The notes: generated by a model from the letters alone, not told the origin. Counted from the whole stretch's first letter, positions 48,132 through 59,019 are shown. The stretch is 63,323 nt of DNA, filler included, from Perkinsus chesapeaki ATCC PRA-425 (GCA_013115145.1; 6 parts of 6 records of this genome joined end to end with filler, not necessarily neighbours in it); one strand, 5' to 3'. Numbers and translations: made by a program.

Positions 48132-49363
48132 TTGGCGCATACCATGAGGATCATGGCATGATCTTTAGATGAGAAATGATGTGCACATAGCCAGGCTTCC
48201 GTGTTCCTATCTGCACACTTGCTGCTGGCTGCTCTATTATTGAAGACTTACCTGGTTCACAGTCCCCGCTTCCAGTCAGGGGCACATAAACGACTTAAGG
48301 AGTTACGTCACCGACGTTGTGACCAGATATGACGAAGAAGCTTGGCGGAATATTGTTCGCAGCGATGTTGATGGTAATCCTTATGATTACGGTGTACGAT
48401 TTGAGGTTTCCGGGCGATCAGCAGTTAGTGCATTAGGATTGATGATGTGGTTGAGTGATAGCTAGGCGAATTATGTCAGTTACTATCGGTACTGCGATCC
48501 TGTGTAGATACTGTCAGGCAGGCCGTGAATGTACACGTTTGCAGATGGCAAAATGATCTGCTGCAGCTCGTTGAGCTGCTCAATGCCGTGTGAGTTACGA
48601 TGGGACCCCGGCTTGGTGTGCCTTGTCCAATTGTAGAGTAGCATGGTCAAACAAACACTGTATGCATTTCATTAGGATCTAAGATCAGGTACATCCACCT
48701 AGGTATGCGACTTCCACCAGGAACACTCATCTCTGCGAAGAAATTTAAGGAACGAATGCTGAAGTCCAAACGGGTCGTGCCTCCTTTCACGGCTTCCGGC
48801 ACGACTGCGAGCTTAACTGGTCGTAGATAAGATGAACTACAGTAGATGAGCATCAGGTAAACCTCTTAGATGGACCTTTTAGGTAATGTCAATTTGCAGG
48901 CAAAGGTTTAAGAATGCAGTAGATGCTATCACGCTGAGTTCGTAAGACAACCTCATGAGTCATGATGATGCCTGTAAGGCCTGGCTTCGTGAAACTTTTG
49001 AGTTGCGGGATCCCAGTTGCAAGGGCTTGAGCTAAATCTGAACCTTAGACTCAGAATATAGCACCTGTACAAATTCCCCGTATCCAACACCTACTGATCC
49101 TTAGACTGCGCACCGGGCTGCTACGCATCCACTACAAGTTTACGTTTGTTAACGCTGCTCTGCTGATTGTACTCACTTCATACGGTCTGGGCGTATCATA
49201 TTGCCGCTCTGCGTCCACCTCAAAAAGTTATGCTTTGATGAATAGGTCTGTGAAAGGTTGCTTTGTGTACTTGCCTCACCTCCGCATGGTCAGCATATAA
49301 GTTTTCTTACCAAAAAAGTGTTACTCTTACTAGCCCGGTTCATGTCAAAATCAGTAGGTTTCA

Positions 49364-49867
49364 ATGCACCCAAGCCTATTCAGAGAATGGAGACGAAAAC
49401 GAAGCGGCTTGAAACGACTCGGAAAGCGTATAGTATCTCAATGCTCATCAAATAGCATAATGGAACTATCATGGAGAACTATAATGGAGGAGCAATGGGG
49501 AAGTGATGATTCTCCGGACCGGGTGGTGCCGTCATCTGATGCCTGCAACCCAGAAGCGATGCTGAAGGCTGTGCAGGCGTTGAGCTCGATGTTTCAAGGC
49601 TATCATCAGCAAGAAACCCAGGAGTTCCCCCGATGCGTGTTGGACGCTATGGACGAGGAGCTTCGACGGAAAGTCCTTAAGTATCCGGAAGCATATCTTT
49701 CGGTGCACATGCCAGAAGAGTTGCCCTCGCCAAACGCGTATTCTAGCGTGGCATCGGAGGCTGCGGCGGAGTCGGAAAACTCAGACTTGACCTTAAGAGA
49801 CCTTACCTTAAGATTTACCATAAGTGAGGTCTCACTGCAAATCTTAAGATCTTACCACAAATCTTAA
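49364..49867 (+). CDS. Hypothetical ORF, 167 aa; 3' end runs into a CTTAAG-rich repeat region
   Basis: ORF length only; no recognised motif. Confidence 0.3.
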   Translation: MHPSLFREWRRKRSGLKRLGKRIVSQCSSNSIMELSWRTIMEEQWGSDDSPDRVVPSSDACNPEAMLKAVQALSSMFQGYHQQETQEFPRCVLDAMDEELRRKVLKYPEAYLSVHMPEELPSPNAYSSVASEAAAESENSDLTLRDLTLRFTISEVSLQILRSYHKS

Positions 49868-50394
49868 AAACTTGCGCATGTTGCAACGCGTGGTGACAGT
49901 ACTGCGGAACCCTTGACACACTTCACGCGCGACGCGCGTGGCGTATGTTATAAACCGTTGACCCCCTACATCACTGAGGAGAACCGCACGGATGACGGAC
50001 ACGACGTCCTTTAATGCATCAACTTGCTGGAAGACGCTGCTCGTGCCGTGCAGCCTGCCGGCGGCATAGCTTTCCCTCTGCTGTCGCGAAATTTGTTAAA
50101 CGCATGCGCAATTGTAGAAGTGATCGGAAATCGATTGCGAAACGCGCAAGTGCGAAAGCATATAGTAAAATTGCTCCACGTGGATTTGTACCCACGAGGA
50201 TTTTTCGAAGCGGGTATGAAGATTAGCGGTGCGAAGTAAGTAGTGGAATACATTTTCAACACGTGAGCTCAGGGCAGGGGTGGTCTGCCGGTAAGTCAAG
50301 TAAGTGGTTGAGATCTAAGGTAAGTGAAACAAATTCACTAACTTATAACTATTAACTCGTATTTCTTAAGATCTTACCCGGTATTACCGATATT

Positions 50395-50459
50395 ACCCTT
50401 AAGGTAAGGAACCCTAACCTTACCGGGCCGGTAAGGTTAGGGTTCCTTACCTTAAGGGT
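50395..50459. repeat. Perfect palindrome, 32-bp arms, 1-nt spacer
   Basis: ACCCTTAAGGTAAGGAACCCTAACCTTACCGG-G-CCGGTAAGGTTAGGGTTCCTTACCTTAAGGGT. Confidence 0.97.
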
Positions 50460-50616
50460 GAGGGTTCTTAAGTAATTCTACTTAAAACTTAAGTAATCTT
50501 ACCCTCCTTATCTGGTAAGTGAAACGATTTTATGTAAGTTCTTGAGTTCTTACTCGTAAGTTCTTAAGTAAGTTGCTTGTGAAAGAGGCCCATTATCTGG
50601 AAATGGATCATTTCGC

Positions 50617-50640
50617 CGTGCGTGCGTGCGTGCGTGCGTA
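50617..50640. repeat. (CGTG)5 microsatellite
   Basis: Read directly. Confidence 0.9.
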
Positions 50641-50790
50641 TGAATTATTTCTCGTTAACCAGAGCGAACTAGGTGATGATCTATAGACGAAAAGACTCCC
50701 CTTCCTCTGGGGATGCCTAGAAAATTTGTTATTTTCTGAAAGCTACCCCGTGTGTCGAGTGACAGCGCAAAAACATTATTTGACGGGAAC

Positions 50791-50867
50791 TGCGGCCTGT
50801 GGGATTCGAACCCACGACTTGTTCTCTAAATCGTTTCCGCGCGATTTGATCACTCGCTCGCACCTCC
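50791..50867 (-). pseudogene. tRNA-like (Leu/Ser-type) remnant or tRNA-derived repeat head
   Basis: Perfect T-arm GTGGG-TTCGAAT-CCCAC, A-box-like GCGAGCGAGTGATC, downstream TTTTT; no pairable acceptor or anticodon stem found. Confidence 0.35.
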
Positions 50868-52749
50868 AAAGCACTACGCGTGTGATGACGAAATAACGAG
50901 CAAAATAACAGCTGAACGAGCTCCACCACTTGGTCACGAAGACATAGTTATTATCCTTACTAGCGGAACAGCTGGACTCGGGACCATCCAAAGAGTGATA
51001 CTCTGCGGACAGTCCCAGTAAACTATAGACAGTGAAAATGCTGTCCGGAGCTCGTAAGAGCGAGATATAAGTCTTGGGATCAGCGCCTAAGCCATCAACT
51101 CAAGAATCGGATTGGGTTGGTTGACAGAGAGAGACGGTGCGCTTCTCTGCTCTGTTGCATGCAAACTAGCTCCACTGGAGTAAGTACACATGCCCTCCGT
51201 GCTACTCACAAAAAAATATAATAAATAATGGCCCACGTAGGGAGCGTGAGTGACTTTCACGTTCCCTACGTTTCCAGGAATAACCACGGGGAGGTCTCTG
51301 AGCGCTATTCCCGTACTTCTTGCTTAATCCTACACGGCCCTGGACTCGCTCCATGAAAGGACCTACGCAGATTCATACTTGGCAGTGAGGCAGGAGAGCA
51401 GATCAGGTGACTCTGTATCAACGGCGGATAAAGCACGACGTGCTTCCGACGTGTTTAGCTGCTAAACTTTAGCACGTGATGGGCAAAATCTGTCGAAACT
51501 GGAGCGAGATATCAAACATCTTGAGATATTAGGCCTTTTTGTGGAAGCACACAGAAAGAATAGTCCTATAGCGGCGTTATTATACAGCTATGATCGGCGT
51601 CGAGCGGTGGCATGTGCCTTTCAAAAGAACTGAAAAGTGGGCTGGCGTTAGAATGTCGCCTTCCAACGAAACGCAAGTGCCAGTGATGAAGTTACCTTGA
51701 GGTTACTTGCAAGAATTGAAGTACTGAAATGTTCCAATTACTGTTAAGTAGCTTTCGGCGAAAGCCTTTCGCTGAGTGTGTGGTATTCCCACAGCTTTGA
51801 GGTGAGGTTTCTGTATAACGTACACTGTATCGTTCGATGTTGTACGGCAATGTTGCCACATGCTGAACGAGATGTTCAAGTGAAGGAGCTTACCACGGAT
51901 TGCAGTACTAGCATCAAGCCTCCACCCTAGATCTTTCTTTTGCGAGAGGAACCCCACTAGCGATCCCTAATGAGCGATAGTGTGTGATCCGCGTCGAGAG
52001 CTAAGCAGGCTCTCCACTCTCTGCATCAAACAGGTTTGTAGGCGAGGCGCAGAGCTATGCAAATCTCGCATTACAGACTCTGTGAGAGAGGAATGCCCCG
52101 CTAGTGAGGAAGGTTCTCCTGTACCGTAACTCCTGCTCCATAATGAGCTCCCTACTGGATATGGAGCGCAAGTGCAGAGCAGATTCTGGCATTTACAGCT
52201 ATAGATAAAGCTGAACTAACGGCATTCTGCGGAAGAGGTAAGTCTGATTTTGTCGCCCCTCTGTCACATGTCAATACTGCTTGGCCGATTACACTGCCTC
52301 GACGGCCTGACTTTCAGCTTTGGTGAGGACCCAATTATCCAGAGTGTGTGTAATAATCAAAATTGGATAATCAAATGGGGCCTCCTGAGGCGTCACATTT
52401 TGCGTGCGGATTGCCCGGTGGCAAAACCAAGATGGTGTCTGGTCCGGATGTGGTTGGGTGGTGAAACAAACAGGATGTTCGTAGCGATAGTCGAGTGCAC
52501 AAATGATGAGCATTGAAGGCAATATACAGCAGGCCATAGAACCTAGCCTATCAATCCGTACCGTCGATACCGTACTGTACGATCCGTACGTGATAGCCGA
52601 ATTCCAGTCGGAACGCAGCCATAGCGCAGCGCTTTAAGCGAATTGGCGGGCGGAAACCACGGCTCTCTGGAGAGCCAGTTTGTATCATATCTCAAGGAAG
52701 AGCAAGTATACCTATTAGCCTATCATCTCAGCTGTTAATTTTATTTTCA

Positions 52750-54429
52750 ATGAAAGTTGACCATCTTCGTGTGCTTCTCGACTTCCTTTTCATGGTGTGG
52801 GTGAAGCCCCTCGAAATCCATGGTTCTTCCATTCGCTTCGTCGTCAATGTTACGACGTACTGTGATCTTGGCCTCAAGGATCACAGAAAGGACGCTCTAC
52901 CCTGCTGGTTATCCCCAGACCGAGAGACTAGAGGCCTTGTACTGCCTGGAATGGACTACAAGACATTATCAATGATTCAAGAAGTAACCGTGGAAGATGG
53001 TGCCCGTTACACTGTTACTGCAATGCCAAGCTATCCCTATCAATACTTTTTGACGACTGAGACTGCCAGTCATAGTCAGGTTGAGCAGCTGTTCGAGAAT
53101 CAAGCCATCCTACTCGCTAATGGTGAGGCTGATCCCAGCATGGCGCAGATCAAGGCCGTGTGGACGGAAGAGGCTATCCTACACGACGGCTGGGTTTTCG
53201 ACAAGAATGTGACTACGCAGAATCGTGATTTGAAAAGATGGACTAAAACTGTTGCAGAGTTCGACAAGGAGACCAAGTTCAACCATTCCGCTCTGTGTCA
53301 CTCTGGTGTTGGTCCTAATCGTTGGTATCTTTATACAGATGAAAATGACTATCCCGTGAGATCAGATGCAGTTAATACTTGCAAGAATCAGCTACATCAG
53401 CAGGCTGAGTTTGTCAAATTTGAGGTCAGTGAACTTCTCGGTGGTCCCTCAGCCAGCATCAGAGAAGATATTCTCCAGCGTTATGAAATCAAAGAGGTAC
53501 GGCAGTTGCGAGACTCTATGTCTGAGTCCGCTCCTCCTGTTGGCAAGTTCCACATGAACACTATGACGCCTCACCCTACCTCGGAGAAAAGTCGAGGCTT
53601 CTTTGGGCAGAGGAAGGTTGGTTCCTGGCTCACCAAGAGGCAACTACGCGGTGAAGATGTTGAGAGGCAAGGTCGAATTGACTACTTCACAATCGAAGAA
53701 GGCACGGCGGCGTATACTTACTTCAATTATGCCCCTCCACGCCAACTTCTAGAGATCTTCAAAGAAGCTTACCCGAAGGGTTGCAAGAAACATCCGGAAA
53801 ATTATCCTTACTGTTTGTACGTGGAGATTGCTGACGCTGTCAGAGGTATACGTGACATATCAGTGAATGCTGGATTCTTGGCACATGATGTCACTGACCC
53901 CAATATGTTTCCGAGTCTCAACCTGATCGCGCAATTCACTATGGACACCGATAATATGCTATTCGTGATCGACCTGTCTCTACAGGCTCAAGGCTGTGTT
54001 GTTCTTTGGAAGCTTGGGGAAGACGGTGCCGAGCTCTGGGCTGGAATATGTATAGATGGCCGTGCTAGAGTACAAAATGTCACGCAATCTGGACGTGTTG
54101 TTGACGTTCGTGTGAGCATATCGCTGATCGCGGGAGTTTCCATCCCTTACCTGAAGGATATCGGCGATATTGTAATACAAGGTGCCCTCACAGCTACCGT
54201 GGACAAGAATGTGACAGCATCTGGCACAGTCATGCTGATTATATCATTCCTCGTGGCTGGATTTGGACTTGGAGTTGATATCACCACAACAACGGATGAC
54301 TTGCGTATGCGAACTTGGGAGTGGAGTGCTGGATTCGATATGCTATTTTGGATAAATGTTATCATCTGGAAACATACTTGGAACCCACGTTGGACGCTTT
54401 GGCAGTCCGGCCCGATGCATATGAGATAA
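52750..54429 (+). CDS. Intronless 559-aa protein of unknown function, possible signal peptide, beta-rich C-terminal domain
   Basis: Long uninterrupted ORF; hydrophobic N-terminus LRVLLDFLFMVWV; NxT/S sequons; Trp-rich tail. Confidence 0.8.
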   Translation: MKVDHLRVLLDFLFMVWVKPLEIHGSSIRFVVNVTTYCDLGLKDHRKDALPCWLSPDRETRGLVLPGMDYKTLSMIQEVTVEDGARYTVTAMPSYPYQYFLTTETASHSQVEQLFENQAILLANGEADPSMAQIKAVWTEEAILHDGWVFDKNVTTQNRDLKRWTKTVAEFDKETKFNHSALCHSGVGPNRWYLYTDENDYPVRSDAVNTCKNQLHQQAEFVKFEVSELLGGPSASIREDILQRYEIKEVRQLRDSMSESAPPVGKFHMNTMTPHPTSEKSRGFFGQRKVGSWLTKRQLRGEDVERQGRIDYFTIEEGTAAYTYFNYAPPRQLLEIFKEAYPKGCKKHPENYPYCLYVEIADAVRGIRDISVNAGFLAHDVTDPNMFPSLNLIAQFTMDTDNMLFVIDLSLQAQGCVVLWKLGEDGAELWAGICIDGRARVQNVTQSGRVVDVRVSISLIAGVSIPYLKDIGDIVIQGALTATVDKNVTASGTVMLIISFLVAGFGLGVDITTTTDDLRMRTWEWSAGFDMLFWINVIIWKHTWNPRWTLWQSGPMHMR

Positions 54430-54564
54430 GCTCTATTGTTGACATCGTTTATTTCTATGTTTTTTCGACCGTTTAGTTTCTTTAAAATAATGTTGCCAAC
54501 CAACTATTGACTGGTATGATGCTGCTCTCGAAGCAGTGCTCTGTCTCTGATGTAAGTCCTACTA

Positions 54565-54699
54565 AGTCTCATTCAGTACGAAGCCTTGATTAGTCTCATT
54601 CAGTACGAAGCCTTGATTAGTCTCATTCAGTACGAAGCCTTGATTAGTCTCATTTAGTACGAAGCCTTGATTAGTCTCATTTAGTACGAATCCTTGATT
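54565..54699. repeat. 27-bp minisatellite AGTCTCATTCAGTACGAAGCCTTGATT x5
   Basis: Three perfect units followed by two with 1-2 substitutions. Confidence 0.97.
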
Positions 54700-55363
54700 C
54701 TTGAGTAGAGTCTTGATATCCAATTATTTACGTATACTTCTTTAGTGTTCGGGCGGTGTCCAGTCGCTCTCTGCCTCGATACAGGAGTCGTCGATTTCAA
54801 TCACTCGCTAGTTCTGCACCCCATGTCTTTGTATATTCACGTCACTGAAGACCACCCTACTTGTTGTGTGTAGAAGTTTATACGCGTCTGATATGCGGAT
54901 GTCTAATATGCGGCGTAGGGAGAGAATATATCTTGTGCCCAAAGATGTGTCGCACAACTGTCTATACCGACGAGTGGGTCAAAGTGACGAGAGCCAAGGG
55001 TTGTGTTACATAGTGCTCCCATACTAGTTGAGTAGCTGCAACTTGCAACTGCAGCCTGCAAGAGTTGCCGGTTGGTCTCCTCGCTTATGTTGTTGAAGCA
55101 TTCCGTGACCCAAAAAGAAACCTCTTCTATTTTCTTCCTTCTTGGGGAGGAGCTAGGTGTTTCATATGCCTAGCAGACGGCTCTGCAGTCGGCATTCCAA
55201 AATGAGAGAGTCTTGCAGCAGTCGACTGTGCCTCCAGCAACTGCGCTACACTGCTACACGGCACTGTCGCCCTCTTCCCACTCTTTCGACACGGTACAGG
55301 AGCTAATCACGTATTGCAGATAGGACCTAATACTGTATATTGTGTACCATGAGGTTGTGCAAC

Positions 55364-55587
55364 ACTATCAGTAAATTACAGTCATTAGCTGTTTTACCAA
55401 TGGAGCCTTGCGCGGTACTTCGGATAGAAATCTCCACAGTTTAGAATGCACGGTGTCAGAAACGAAACAATACAACTAACAAAACTGTCGCAAGCTTCAT
55501 GTGAAGCTAATTTGAAGCTCCGCAATTAACTTATACAAGGTATCGTCATATATCAAGCTCCTCCTGCTCGAGGGTTGCTATCGGGGA
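55364..55587 (-). repeat. Right copy of the 224-bp inverted repeat bounding contig D
   Basis: Reverse complement of 47908-48131, 7 mismatches. Confidence 0.97.
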
Positions 55588-55687
55588 NNNNNNNNNNNNN
55601 NNNNNNNNNNNNNNNNNNNNNNNNNNNNNNNTTAATTAATTAANNNNNNNNNNNNNNNNNNNNNNNNNNNNNNNNNNNNNNNNNNNN
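55588..55687. other. Artificial contig linker
   Basis: N44-TTAATTAATTAA-N44. Confidence 0.98.
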
Positions 55688-56015
55688 TTCGAACAAAGTT
55701 GGCCGATGTATTGGCCAAGTACACAAATCACACCAAAGTTATTGATATATGTCATATGTTCAAGATTTGAACACAAATAGTATTGCTGAAATATGCTCCA
55801 ATAGCTAATGCTGCCAAGTTGGCAAGCACACAAGGAATTGCCAAATTTTTCTCTAAGGCGAAGAGTGCGCGCGCGCCTAGGTAATCGAAGATATTCATTC
55901 AATCATTGAATGCCATTGAATGGCATAAGTTGTGTTCATTGCCATTGACCATTCATTATGTAATACCTTATATATGTGTTTCAGTGTTGTTGCCTCACAA
56001 TAACAAGTTCGAACA

Positions 56016-57260
56016 ATGTTAAATCCTACAAAGGAGGCTATGGCGAGCTTCGAAAGCAGCATTAGCACCTGGCGCAATGCCAAGAACGGTGGATCCCGTG
56101 TGGTACAGATATTCTTGGAGCTGATTCAACTGGCAGTGAGCCAGTACTATCTGTTGCTGGACTTGGTCAGGAGAGGAAAGGATGTCTATGTGCATCAATC
56201 TTCTCCTGACTGGTGGTTATTGAAGCACGGGTTGCGGAGTATGCGGCAGTTCTCGTTCTACCCTGAATTTGTGGAGCTTGGTAAAAGTCGCGTTATGCCT
56301 TCCCTGCAAATTTTCGCGAATTTCATGTTACGCATAAATAAGCTGAGTACGGAAGCTATCGTTGATGGATTGAAATATCGATTTTTTATTTTGATACATC
56401 ACGTTAGTTTGCCCCAGGGTCATGCTAGTTTTAAATTCCATGAGATACTCAAGGCTTTTATCTCTGGCATGAGCTGGGAGACATACGATTACGAGTACAT
56501 GTGTGGAGTGTTTCCACATGCTTCTACTCGTCCTTCCAGTCACTCGGTTTGTTTGGCTATAAGTATGGGGCTAAGTCAGATTCAAGATCTATCGGACTAT
56601 TGCTATTCCATCATGTTATCCAACTATTCTGGTAGGAGGCATAGCACGATAAGGTGGGAGACCCTGAAGAATGGTCACTATTCTTCGGTGTTCAAATTGC
56701 TCTGCTCTCCCACAGAAGAAGCAGAGCGTTATGGCATGGCAGACGATACTTATCACGCGTACATGGGGGAGAGAGAAGAGCTAAGTGAGAAGAAGGTCGA
56801 GAATATAGGAAACTTCATGGAATCTCTGCTATCGTTTATTTTGGTTGAACTCAATGACCTCACTAGTGCGCTGCTCATCTACATATTGGTAATGAGGTTC
56901 CAGGATGGTGAAGATTCCGTTTCTGATTGTGCTCGAAACTTGAGGCACTCGTCTATCATTCACAGTCCCCTGAATACGGTTGTAGATCCGGAAATATCAG
57001 ATCCAAGTGCAGGGATGTGGCGAGGGAAAGTTCAGTACACAATTACTCATCTCTTCGAGATCGGGCTGCTCCGGCCTCAACGTAGCTGGTGGCTGAGATG
57101 GCTATTCCGGGCTTTCCATGGCATTGATCACCAATCGGCTCTTGGTGTAGACTCTCTCCCGAGTTTCAACGCTGGTAAAATAGACGTGGGCCGCAGCGAG
57201 GCGTACAAGAAAAGACAGAAGGCTAGACGTCAGAAGCATTCAACTAGTGACGCTTTGTAG
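56016..57260 (+). CDS. Intronless 414-aa protein with a possible degenerate RNase III-like domain
   Basis: Long ORF; motifs FPHAS, SMG, STIRWETLKN and KVENIGNFMESLLSFIL fall in RNase III order and spacing. The fold call is tentative. Confidence 0.7.
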   Translation: MLNPTKEAMASFESSISTWRNAKNGGSRVVQIFLELIQLAVSQYYLLLDLVRRGKDVYVHQSSPDWWLLKHGLRSMRQFSFYPEFVELGKSRVMPSLQIFANFMLRINKLSTEAIVDGLKYRFFILIHHVSLPQGHASFKFHEILKAFISGMSWETYDYEYMCGVFPHASTRPSSHSVCLAISMGLSQIQDLSDYCYSIMLSNYSGRRHSTIRWETLKNGHYSSVFKLLCSPTEEAERYGMADDTYHAYMGEREELSEKKVENIGNFMESLLSFILVELNDLTSALLIYILVMRFQDGEDSVSDCARNLRHSSIIHSPLNTVVDPEISDPSAGMWRGKVQYTITHLFEIGLLRPQRSWWLRWLFRAFHGIDHQSALGVDSLPSFNAGKIDVGRSEAYKKRQKARRQKHSTSDAL

Positions 57261-57298
57261 GTGCAATTATTGACGGGTTCCGTGGAACATTACTGCGG

Positions 57299-58912
57299 AC
57301 TAGCCTGATAGGCGGTGTCCTTTTTAGGTAATGTTTCACCGATACCAGTTAATTTCGCTCCCAGGTCTGACACTGATAGCCTTTGACCTCTGTCGTATCC
57401 GATTGGCTCGGTGGGATATTGCCTTGAACTAGCCTGATAGGCGGTGTTCTTCTCGGAGCCTGATAGGTGTCTCACTGCTATCAGCCGGTTCTCCTCGCCA
57501 GTTTCTGTCAGTAGTCCGTGCTTTTTTTCTGAACTGACTAGTCCAGTGAACATGATCTGGAACTAGCCTGATAGGCGGTCTTCTTTTCAGTCAGTGCTCC
57601 ACTGGTGTTAGTCGAGTTTTGTGCCAGTTTTTGGCTTTAATCTGCAACTGGTTNNNNNNNNNNNNNNNNNNNNNNNNNNNNNNNNNNNNNNNNNNNNNNN
57701 NNNNNNNNNNNNNNNNNNNNNNNNNNNNNNNNNNNNNNNNNNNNNNNNNNNTCTTCTTTTCAGTCAGTGCTCCACTGGTGTTAGTCGAGTTTTGTGCCAG
57801 TTTTTGGCTTTAATCTGCAACTGGATGATGCAGATGGTGCAACTGCAGATGGTCTTGACAGAGAGGGTCTCACAAGTTTAGTGGTTTGACATGTGATAGT
57901 CACGAACCTAACGTTTTACTAAATTTGCGAACGCTGAGTGTGTAACACAATTCCATGTCGTCTTCGAACTTTTTGTGTCGCACAAGTCGCGCCGAGAATC
58001 TCGGCCCGAGATGCATTGTGCCATTGGTTGTCCCCCTAATGGGTATCCCCTTCTGTCACTAGCTTCGTTGCTTGCTATTAGCAAGTTGCTGATATAACGC
58101 TTGCTATGTTCAGACGTGCTATTTCATCACCGCTGCGTTATTCAACTATCAGCTACATTACCTGAGCTAATGACCACATCAAGGAGACGCAAATCTCCAG
58201 GTTTCATCGGACGCCCGACGTTTAGTGTCGGCAGCCAGATGAAGAGAGGACTGACGCTAGTGATTATTACCAGGTAATATCGGGGAAGGGTCTTGCGCAG
58301 TTGCTCGTTTGTGAACGCCTGTTGTTTGCTCGATGTGTTGGCTCTCTCATTGTAATCAATCGGTCGTGTACACTGATATCTGGCAACCAGACTGGTTGAC
58401 CCAGTGATATGCGTGTATGTCCGACCGCGTTCGTGACTTGCCACTTGGCGGGGTAGCCTTCCGCCAGCTGAGTCTCGTTGGATTGTCATCACGGTCTCGA
58501 GCTCCAGTAACCCTCTAATCAGGGAGCTGCCTCGCTCCGCGCAAAAACATCCACGTTACAAATAGGCACGGCGTTATGGGAGGTGTGCATCATTGGTGCG
58601 AAACTCCGCTATACTGGCTGATCACACTCCGTGATCCCACTCGCATTTGCTGCGTTCGTCCGGGAGTGCGTCAGGAATTGATGTTCGCGTGAGGCTCTGA
58701 CTTCTTTGATTGGCTTCGGTGTTTTCCCTCTCAATTCTAGCTTTGGCGGAAATTCACCCGTCGCTCACTGCCCGTTCGCAGCGCAAGCCTTGTGCTCGTC
58801 TCTTGTAGCTTCAGGTATGGTAATCATACTACGATTGGCATCAGAGATGGGATATGTATGGCCTTATATGCATTACCTGGTCGAGGCCGATGACTAGCCT
58901 TATAGGCGGTGT
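57299..58912 (+). repeat. Dispersed motif ACTAGCCTGATAGGCGGT with palindromic core GCCT-GAT-AGGC
   Basis: Copies at 57299, 57428, 57562, partial at 57457, one-mismatch copy at 58893. Confidence 0.85.
57579..57824. repeat. 73-bp sequence duplicated on both sides of an N gap
   Basis: 57579-57651 is identical to 57752-57824; either a tandem repeat or an unmerged scaffold overlap. Confidence 0.85.
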
Positions 58913-58919
58913 CAACTTG

Positions 58920-59019
58920 NNNNNNNNNNNNNNNNNNNNNNNNNNNNNNNNNNNNNNNNNNNNTTAATTAATTAANNNNNNNNNNNNNNNNNNNNNNNNN
59001 NNNNNNNNNNNNNNNNNNN
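58920..59019. other. Artificial contig linker
   Basis: N44-TTAATTAATTAA-N44. Confidence 0.98.

Noticed and set aside
49021-49045. Possible spliced-leader relic (ATTTAGCTCAAG, minus strand)
   Set aside because: Only a short partial match to the 3' end of the leader and not positioned before a recognisable gene.
37128-57260. Apparent RNA-processing plus recombinase 'system' (PARN, MULE, tyrosine recombinase, RNase III-like ORF) in one window
   Set aside because: These sit on four different contigs joined by linkers; the neighbourhood is artificial.
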